The translations under genes and the position numbers were made by a program. Under the pieces are notes generated by a model. That model was given only the letters and a program-made list of their open reading frames with translations. It had not been told where the DNA came from and did not search any database. Below, piece by piece: positions 57,738 to 64,000 of a DNA stretch of 64,000 nt; positions within the stretch are counted from its first letter, which is position 1; every line of letters starts with the position of its first letter. The stretch covers positions 253,672 through 317,671 of the forward strand of contig DAONDY010000001.1 in the NCBI GenBank assembly GCA_035402805.1, given 5' to 3'. The DNA comes from Candidatus Woesebacteria bacterium (GTDB lineage Bacteria; Patescibacteriota; Microgenomatia; UBA12405).

Positions 57738-58510
57738 TTAAAAAACATCGACATTTTTCCATCCTGCTTCTTACCCACAACGAAGAAAAAAATCTTCTCA
57801 AATACTGGACTTGGCTTGATAAGGCTAAAAGAATTAACGAAATTGTAGTTGTTGACGATAACTCCGACGATAAAACCATAGAAATATTAAAAAAACTCGG
57901 TTCAAAAAAAATTAAAGTTAAAGTCTTTAAAAGGGGATTAAATAATAATTTTTCCAATCAACGCAATTTTGGCATTACTAAAACAACTAATAATTGGGTT
58001 CTATGGCTTGACGCCGACGAAAAACCAAGTACAGATTTAATCCGATTCTTAAATCATATAGACAACCTCCAATATAAAAGCTATGCCTTTAAAAGGAATG
58101 ATATTTTTATTGGTCACGAACTAAAACATGGTGAAAATGCCCATCAACATTTCGTCAGATTTTTCAATAAAAAATATGGCCGCTTTACTGGTTTAGTTCA
58201 CGAAATATGGCAAACTCCCAAAGAAATTGAATTAAAAAAAATTCATATCCATCATTACCCACACCAATCGTTAAGAGGGTTTATTAAAAAAATAAACTTC
58301 TATTCCGATATTCGTGCTCAGGAATTATTTGACCAAAATCAAAAAAGCAATTTATTCCAAATAATTTTTTACCCATTTGGTAAATTCATTAATGATTATT
58401 TCTTTAAATTAGGGTTTTTAGATGGCACTCCTGGAATTATCATGGCTCTTGGTATGAGTTTTCATTCATTTTTAGTCCGATCTAAATTATGGCATTTGTC
58501 ACATCATTAA
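57734..58510 (+). CDS. Glycosyltransferase family 2 (WaaE/KdtX-like)
   Basis: NEE, DDNSDD.T, QRN, LDADE, VHE and GFLDG motifs. Confidence 0.9.
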   Translation: MIKKHRHFSILLLTHNEEKNLLKYWTWLDKAKRINEIVVVDDNSDDKTIEILKKLGSKKIKVKVFKRGLNNNFSNQRNFGITKTTNNWVLWLDADEKPSTDLIRFLNHIDNLQYKSYAFKRNDIFIGHELKHGENAHQHFVRFFNKKYGRFTGLVHEIWQTPKEIELKKIHIHHYPHQSLRGFIKKINFYSDIRAQELFDQNQKSNLFQIIFYPFGKFINDYFFKLGFLDGTPGIIMALGMSFHSFLVRSKLWHLSHH

Positions 58511-59565
58511 TTTATTTATCCACAATTGTTGTTTTCTTCTTCGGTCAATTGTTAAGAATCGAACTAAAAGGTATTTCTTTCCCCATAATTGATATTTTCA
58601 TTGCCATTATTTTTTGTTTAAACATCTTTCAAAAGATAAAAAATAAGGATATTAAGGTAAAAAATAAATACATATTATTTTTTTTGATCTTTACGTGGCT
58701 AAGCTTTTTCTTTAATTATTTTCGTTATCAATTCGATCTTATTAAACCAATTTTATATTTATTTCGTCTAACTTTTTTACTCTCATTCTTTATTTTTCCA
58801 CCAAGAATCAATGAAAAAATAAAAATGATTTTTTACTTAAGCATATTTAGCAACGTTATCTTTGGTCTGATTCAGTATTTTCTTTGGCCAGATTTCACTG
58901 TTTTCAAATCTTTAAATTGGGACCCTCATTTATACCGATTAATTAGTACTTTTTTTGACCCAACTTTCACCGCCTTAATTTATTTATTTCTAATTATTAT
59001 CGTTTTTTTAAATAAAAATTTTCCTTTTAGAAAAACTATTTTAGTTATTTCATATTTAGCTTTAGCTCTAACCTATAGCCGATCCAGTTATATCTGTTTT
59101 TTAGCCGCTTTTACTTTTATTGCTTATCAAAAAAAGAATTTAAAAATTTTTATTTTTAGTTCACTTTTAATTCTTTCTACTCTCTTTCTTTTACCCCGTT
59201 TTGAAGGTGAGGGGACTAAACTTGAAAGAACTTCCTCAATTGTCGCTAAGATTGAAAATTACAAAGAGGGATTTAACCTTTTTTTAAAATCACCCATAAT
59301 TGGACACGGTTACAATAATCTTTTTTATATTCGTCAAATTAAAAATCAAAACTCTCACGCCAATTCTGGTTTTGACGGATCACTGATGACAATTTTGACC
59401 ACCAGCGGACTCATCGGATTAGCTTTTTTTATTTTAGGATTTAAGACAATTTTTAACCAAGCTAATTTAACAACCAAAACTATTTTAATTTCAATATTTT
59501 TTCATTCCCTGTTTGCTAATTCTCTTTTATATCCTTGGATATTACTTTCCTTTATCTTTCTTTAA
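58489..59565 (+). CDS. O-antigen ligase family protein
   Basis: RLISTFFDP, LTYSRS and PIIGHGY motifs. Confidence 0.75.
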   Translation: MAFVTSLIYLSTIVVFFFGQLLRIELKGISFPIIDIFIAIIFCLNIFQKIKNKDIKVKNKYILFFLIFTWLSFFFNYFRYQFDLIKPILYLFRLTFLLSFFIFPPRINEKIKMIFYLSIFSNVIFGLIQYFLWPDFTVFKSLNWDPHLYRLISTFFDPTFTALIYLFLIIIVFLNKNFPFRKTILVISYLALALTYSRSSYICFLAAFTFIAYQKKNLKIFIFSSLLILSTLFLLPRFEGEGTKLERTSSIVAKIENYKEGFNLFLKSPIIGHGYNNLFYIRQIKNQNSHANSGFDGSLMTILTTSGLIGLAFFILGFKTIFNQANLTTKTILISIFFHSLFANSLLYPWILLSFIFL

Positions 59566-60278
59566 ATATCATAGGTAATAGTTATTTTCTTTTTAGTTTC
59601 ATTTAGAGCCTCATCCTTAACAATTATCTCAATATCGTTTTTGCCGGCATTTAGTTGCACTTTTAGTTTAAAATTCCCCTCATCATCAACTGTCGCCACT
59701 CTGCTGTTAATCAAAACACTAACTCCTTTTTCGCTTTTTCCTACAACATCAAAATCAGGGGATTCAACAGTTAAAGTTTCCTCAACCGGATTAGTCATGG
59801 TTAATTCAGGTGCTTTATTATCAAAAATTACAGTTATTTCTTTTGAAACTTCACTGCTTCCACTTTTATCTTTGATAGCCACAGCTGAAAAACTATTTTC
59901 TCCTTCAATTAATTCAATATTTTCAAATAAAAAATCTCCGTTTTCACTTACATCAATTCTGCCTACTGATTCGTCATTTTTAAGTAATTCAACCGAAGAT
60001 CCAGTTTCGGCAAATCCATTAATCTTAATTTTATTACTATTAGTTGCTTCAAAAGGAACCACTAATCTTGGTGCTAATGGAGGTAAAACATTTTCACTAA
60101 CTACTTCCTTTTTACTCTTAGTATTACCCAAAAAAATTGAAAAATTAATTAGAAAAGGCAATCCAAAAACAATAATCAAAATAAAAACCAATACTGTTAA
60201 AAACCCCAAAAAAACTGTTTTTTTAGTTATCTGTTCTTCTTTTTTTCTTTCTAATCTTGATCTTTTAAAATCAGTCAT
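59562..60278 (-). CDS. Membrane-anchored protein with two Ig-like domains
   Basis: TM followed by beta-rich repeats (G.AE.G..V; L..G.N.I.I...D.A.N). Confidence 0.7.
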   Translation of the reverse strand: MTDFKRSRLERKKEEQITKKTVFLGFLTVLVFILIIVFGLPFLINFSIFLGNTKSKKEVVSENVLPPLAPRLVVPFEATNSNKIKINGFAETGSSVELLKNDESVGRIDVSENGDFLFENIELIEGENSFSAVAIKDKSGSSEVSKEITVIFDNKAPELTMTNPVEETLTVESPDFDVVGKSEKGVSVLINSRVATVDDEGNFKLKVQLNAGKNDIEIIVKDEALNETKKKITITYDI

Positions 60279-60315
60279 AACTTATTTTAAGTATAACAAT
60301 ATTTATTTCTAATTG

Positions 60316-60388
60316 AGCCGAAGGGGAGAGTCGAACTCCCGACCCCAGCTTTACGAAAGCTATGCTCTACCAACTGAGCTACTTCGGC
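60316..60388 (-). tRNA. tRNA-Thr(CGT)
   Basis: GCCGAAG/CTTCGGC acceptor stem; anticodon loop TT-CGT-AA. Confidence 0.95.
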
Positions 60389-60393
60389 ATCAG

Positions 60394-60464
60394 AGCGGCT
60401 AGAGGGAATCGAACTCTCGACCTATCCTTGGGAAGGATATATTTTACCACTAAACTATAGCCGC
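60394..60464 (-). tRNA. tRNA-Gly(CCC)
   Basis: GCGGCTA/TAGCCGC acceptor stem; anticodon loop TT-CCC-AA. Confidence 0.93.
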
Positions 60465-60484
60465 AACGGCTTATTTTATCACGT

Positions 60485-61075
60485 CTATAGCTTTGGAATA
60501 TTAAGCACCATTCCAATTTCCAACAAATTAGGACTATTAAGTTTTGCTTTATTTTCTTTATAGACATTAACCCACTTATAACCATCACCATAAGCCCTTA
60601 CCGAAATTTTCCATAAATTATCGCCTCTAACTACTTTGTATTCTCCAGCTTCAATTTTACTATTAGAATCATTTGCGGCTGCTACAATTTTAGTCTTAAC
60701 CTCTAGTGTTGGCATTTTTAATTTTTGGCCAACATATATAACAGAAACATTTTTTAAGTTATTTTCTTTAGCAATTTTTGTCCAGGCATAACCATCGTTA
60801 TATCTTTTTTCTGCAATTTTCCAAAGATTATCTCCTTTATCTACTACATAAACACCTTCATTTTCTTGTTTATCTCTTATTGCTTCATCAGATAAATTTA
60901 TATTAGTCGCACCTGGAATTTCCACTGTTCCCTTTTTCCTTTGGACAAAGTTAAAAATTAAAGAAACCACCACAATCACAATTGCCAAACCTAATAACAT
61001 ACTTACCAATTCTTCCGAAGATTTTATATATTTTTTACCTGCTTTAATTAAAAACATATTATTTATAAACAGCAA
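60485..61075 (-). CDS. LysM peptidoglycan-binding protein (two LysM domains)
   Basis: Two YxVxxGDNLWKI..Y.DGY.W..I/V..EN repeats after a TM helix. Start uncertain. Confidence 0.9.
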   Translation of the reverse strand: MLFINNMFLIKAGKKYIKSSEELVSMLLGLAIVIVVVSLIFNFVQRKKGTVEIPGATNINLSDEAIRDKQENEGVYVVDKGDNLWKIAEKRYNDGYAWTKIAKENNLKNVSVIYVGQKLKMPTLEVKTKIVAAANDSNSKIEAGEYKVVRGDNLWKISVRAYGDGYKWVNVYKENKAKLNSPNLLEIGMVLNIPKL

Positions 61076-61137
61076 TTAATAATTTATGCTGACTTATAAT
61101 AATCTACAACTCAAATCAAAAATAGTCAATCTAGGTA

Positions 61138-61440
61138 TTATTTTCTCGATCTAATTTCCATATCATTAGAAATATTTTCCGCAAAATTTCCGACAAATTT
61201 ATCTATATTATTAGCAAAACTTCTAAGTAACTCAATATTCAACCTATAAATTCTTTGTTTTCCAAAAATACGATTTTCGATTAAGTTTGCTTTTCTTAAA
61301 ATCGCCAAATGACTTGATAAAGTTGCTTGAGTTATCTCAAAATTTTTTAATAATTCATTAACCGACATCTCTCCACTTTTTAATAGAGTTAAAATTTTTC
61401 TTCTATTAATATCAGCCATTGCTTTGAATATTTTATCCAT
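61138..61440 (-). CDS. ArsR/SmtB family transcriptional regulator
   Basis: FKAMAD.NRRKIL..L..SV.EL..TQATLSSHL.IL. Confidence 0.9.
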   Translation of the reverse strand: MDKIFKAMADINRRKILTLLKSGEMSVNELLKNFEITQATLSSHLAILRKANLIENRIFGKQRIYRLNIELLRSFANNIDKFVGNFAENISNDMEIRSRK

Positions 61441-61448
61441 AGACGTAT

Positions 61449-61470
61449 TATATCGATAAATATCAATATA
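61449..61470. promoter_or_regulatory. Probable ArsR operator (10-2-10 inverted repeat) overlapping its own -10 box
   Basis: TATATCGATA-AA-TATCAATATA. Confidence 0.55.
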
Positions 61471-61524
61471 TTCAATTTTTTAATAACTTGATTATTCACG
61501 TCATTTTAGAGAAAATAAGCCAAT

Positions 61525-62136
61525 ATGAAAAACTTTGATGCTAAACAAGAACAAACACTCGTCATTATTAAACCAGATGGTGTTCAAAGAGGTTTAATTG
61601 GTGAAGTTATAAAAAGATATGAAACCTGTGGTCTTAAATTAGTTGCTCTTAAAATGCTTATTCCCAGTAAAGAAACTGTTTGTCAACATTATTCTATTGA
61701 TCCCGATTGGGCTATCAAAACTGGAACTAAAACCTTTGAGTCCTACGCTTCTAAAGGCTTACCAATGCCAGGAAAAAGTCCTGTGGAGTTTGCTGAAGGT
61801 GTCAGGAAAAATCTTATGGAATTTATGAGTAGTGGTCCAGTTGTCGCTATGGTTTGGCAAGGTATGGGTGCCGTCGCTGTTGTTCGTAAAATTACTGGTT
61901 CTACCGAACCATTAACTTCTGCACCAGGAACTATTCGTGGTGATTATACTATTGATTCTTACACTGCTTCCGATATCGACAAACGTGCCGTTCGAAACAT
62001 CATTCATTCTTCAGGTTCTATTGATGAAGCTTCAAAAGAAATTCCTATCTGGTTTGATAAAAAAGAAATTCTTCAATTCCGACTTGTTAGTGAAGAAATA
62101 ATTTATGATGTTAATCTTGACGGCATTTTAGAATAA
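61525..62136 (+). CDS. ndk: Nucleoside-diphosphate kinase
   Basis: IKPDGVQRGLIGE, SGPVVAM, PGTIRGDY and NIIH motifs. Confidence 0.95.
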   Translation: MKNFDAKQEQTLVIIKPDGVQRGLIGEVIKRYETCGLKLVALKMLIPSKETVCQHYSIDPDWAIKTGTKTFESYASKGLPMPGKSPVEFAEGVRKNLMEFMSSGPVVAMVWQGMGAVAVVRKITGSTEPLTSAPGTIRGDYTIDSYTASDIDKRAVRNIIHSSGSIDEASKEIPIWFDKKEILQFRLVSEEIIYDVNLDGILE

Positions 62137-62241
62137 ATTCAAAATCGAACAATTAAAGCTAATTTCTGTTATAATTGACTTACACTTATTCGGCCTCCGG
62201 AATAGTTTGCCTTTATTTTTTTACACTATTTTGCTCAATTT

Positions 62242-62757
62242 ATGACAGATATTAAGAAAGGATTTTCAATTGGTGATTACATTATTGATTTTGAAAATAT
62301 TTATCAAATCACTAGTCAAAAAAAAGGAGAGGATTGCTCTGGAAAAACTCTTTCTTATTTTTTTTATCAACCCATTGAAATTGACAGTCAAAACAATACC
62401 ACTTATTCAACTCCAATTGATAATATTTACAAAAGTGGTCTAAGACATCTAGTAACTCCTGTAATTGTTAAAAAGCTATATCAAGAGGCTAAAGAAAAAA
62501 TAAGTCATGAGGCTATTCTGGATTATAAATCTATTAAGGAAACTTTATATCAAAACGATCCTAGCAAAAGTTTAGTTATTTTAAAACAATTATTTTTAGA
62601 AAGGGACAAAAATGCCGAAGCCTTTTCTAGAACCAATAAAGAAATTTTGGAATCAATATTGCAACATCTATCTAATGAAATCGCCTTTGTTACCAATAAA
62701 TCGATTGAAAAAGTTTCTCAAAAACTCACTATCCTAATTAAACAAGCTATTAAATAG
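62242..62757 (+). CDS. CarD-like protein
   Basis: FSIGD N-terminus, GLRHL, helical C-terminus ending L.NEIA.V. Confidence 0.5.
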   Translation: MTDIKKGFSIGDYIIDFENIYQITSQKKGEDCSGKTLSYFFYQPIEIDSQNNTTYSTPIDNIYKSGLRHLVTPVIVKKLYQEAKEKISHEAILDYKSIKETLYQNDPSKSLVILKQLFLERDKNAEAFSRTNKEILESILQHLSNEIAFVTNKSIEKVSQKLTILIKQAIK

Positions 62758-62850
62758 TTTTTATTAAAAAATCCCCGAATGAGGAGTGCTCTAAGCGGAC
62801 AATGTGAAACGAAATTGGAACGTTTTTAAAATAAATAATAAATTTTTAAT

Positions 62851-62936
62851 AAAAAAAAGCGCCTAAGGTATTGAATTGCAGAATAAAAAGTGGTTTTACA
62901 ACCAACAGTTTTTCTGTTTTTCACCATTAGACGCTT
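62851..62936 (-). terminator. Long hairpin terminator with GUAA loop
   Basis: Minus strand: AAGCGUCUAA..GGUU-GUAA-AACC..UUAGGCGCUUUUUUUU. Confidence 0.6.
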
Positions 62937-63047
62937 AATTCGACCTGAAGTCGATTGTGGAATTTTCCTCAATATTTGATATTAAGATCGCATTTTGATC
63001 CCCATACAAACACCGAGGCAACATCTTCCCGAAAGGAGACATAGTTA

Positions 63048-63305
63048 TCATTTTTTTCTATCAAACAAAAAGAAAGACAGGATTTCTACAATTATAAGCA
63101 AAATACATGACACGACTACGAACCAACCGGCTACCAAGCAAGACAATACAAGGATACAACCCAATAATGATACGTTGACCAAGAAAACGGCAGGGGTTTC
63201 GTTGCACTTCTTAACGAAAGTCACTGTTCGAACTATGCCAATGAACAGAGCGTAAACAATCAAAAGAAGTAATAGAACTAAACCTAAAATTGTTTGAATT
63301 TCCAT
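63048..63305 (-). CDS. Hypothetical small membrane protein (orphan, about 3 TM)
   Basis: Hydrophobic ORF with GGAGAGAGG SD, its own promoter and a terminator. Confidence 0.65.
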   Translation of the reverse strand: MEIQTILGLVLLLLLIVYALFIGIVRTVTFVKKCNETPAVFLVNVSLLGCILVLSCLVAGWFVVVSCILLIIVEILSFFLFDRKK

Positions 63306-63492
63306 AGTATGACCTCTCTCCTTTTTTTTACACGATTACTCGTGGCTAACCTAGTGGATAGCACTTTGGACACAAAATTTATGTCTAAGGTGCTACCCAC
63401 TATTCAGCAAAATTCAAATTCCACAATTTTAATGTACAAGTATAATTAAAAAACGGTTAATTATATTAATCCGCATCTTCAATTATCTGCTC

Positions 63493-63521
63493 ATTATATC
63501 AAAAAATATCCCAAAAATCAA
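63493..63521 (-). promoter_or_regulatory. Sigma70-type promoter
   Basis: TTGATT-17bp-TATAAT with TG extension on the minus strand. Confidence 0.65.
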
Positions 63522-63600
63522 TATTATAAGACTTATTTTACAGAAAATCACTAAAAACAAACCATTTATTTATAAGATAAAACAAAACTTTTAAGCACAA

Positions 63601-63627
63601 AAAAATCCCCTAAAGTAGGGGATTTTT
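63601..63627 (-). terminator. Intrinsic terminator after tRNA-Asp (bidirectional form)
   Basis: AAAAATCCCCTA-AAG-TAGGGGATTTTT. Confidence 0.8.
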
Positions 63628-63634
63628 ATATTTG

Positions 63635-63708
63635 CGGACCGGATGGGATTCGAACCCACGATCTTCCGCGTGACAGGCGGATGTGCTAGACCGCTGCACC
63701 ACCAGTCC
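63635..63708 (-). tRNA. tRNA-Asp(GTC)
   Basis: GGACTGG/CCGGTCC acceptor stem; anticodon loop CT-GTC-AC. Confidence 0.95.
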
Positions 63709-63788
63709 ATATTCGGTCTAATTACCTTGATACTATACCAAAACTTGCCATAACAAACAACAAATCAGTTTTTGATTTAAAATAGTTT

Positions 63789-64000
63789 ATGGACAAAATT
63801 TACAGTAATGCTGAAATTGCTGAATTTTTGCAAAATATTGCCACTGCTTACGAAATTAAGAAAAAAAACATCTTCCGAACTTTATCTTACCAAAACGCCG
63901 CTGAAACCGTTGTCTCTTATCCTAAATCCCTTCAAGAACTCTGGAAAAAAGACCCTTGTGAATTAGATAATATTCCTAATATTGGACAAAATATTATGGA
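63789..64000 (+). CDS. DNA polymerase X family protein, N-terminal part (runs off the window)
   Basis: MDKIYSNAEIAEFLQNIA..FR..SYQNAA..LDNIPNIG, a PolX 8-kDa/HhH pattern. Confidence 0.75.
   Translation, partial: MDKIYSNAEIAEFLQNIATAYEIKKKNIFRTLSYQNAAETVVSYPKSLQELWKKDPCELDNIPNIGQNIM

Noticed and set aside
325-57957. Numerous 60-106 aa ORFs nested in or antisense to long genes
   Set aside because: They have no motifs or start signals and are explained as alternative-frame shadows.
59641-60312. 223-aa plus-strand ORF
   Set aside because: Antisense shadow of the Ig-like protein gene, with Ser/Leu/Phe-rich mirror composition.
60379-60591. 70-aa minus-strand ORF
   Set aside because: It reads through tRNA-Gly and the LysM gene end out of frame.
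62768-62827. GC-richer intergenic stretch after the CarD-like gene, possible repeat remnant
   Set aside because: Single copy in the window with only weak self-complementarity; I cannot support a call.
62995-63255. 86-aa plus-strand ORF
   Set aside because: It is antisense to the membrane ORF that has the SD, promoter and terminator.

Overview
AT-rich bacterial chromosome segment. The gene repertoire (DUF4012, alpha2-type GlyRS, type-2 IleRS, four-helix-bundle gene, apparently leaderless promoters) fits a Patescibacteria/CPR genome, probably Microgenomates; this placement is inference. Main blocks: (1) a cell-surface glycosylation region at about 5-29 kb (ugd, GT-C, wzx, galE, metK with a SAM-I-family riboswitch, many GT2/GT4, O-antigen-ligase-like, manC, priming sugar transferase); (2) recO and glyS; (3) a non-canonical dcw cluster (rsmH-ftsL-PBP-murE-[ATE-like]-[Mpl-like]-murA-mraY-[NlpC/P60]-[LysW-like]-[PLP enzyme]-[ATP-grasp]-ftsW-murG-ftsQ-like-ftsA-ftsZ) with no murB, murD, murF or ddl; (4) ileS, rodA, rplU, rpmA, parB, lepB; (5) four tRNA genes, ndk, a CarD-like gene and the start of polX. 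Strongest leads: a possible carrier-protein-based stem-peptide pathway inside the dcw cluster; a ~350-bp GIY-YIG element bounded by a duplicated tRNA-Val 5' end whose left copy is split by two 30-nt double-hairpin inserts; several short repeat families that flank a four-helix-bundle gene and insert in frame into proteins; and three orphan single-gene cassettes that share a promoter/hairpin/boxA-like/SD/long-terminator layout.
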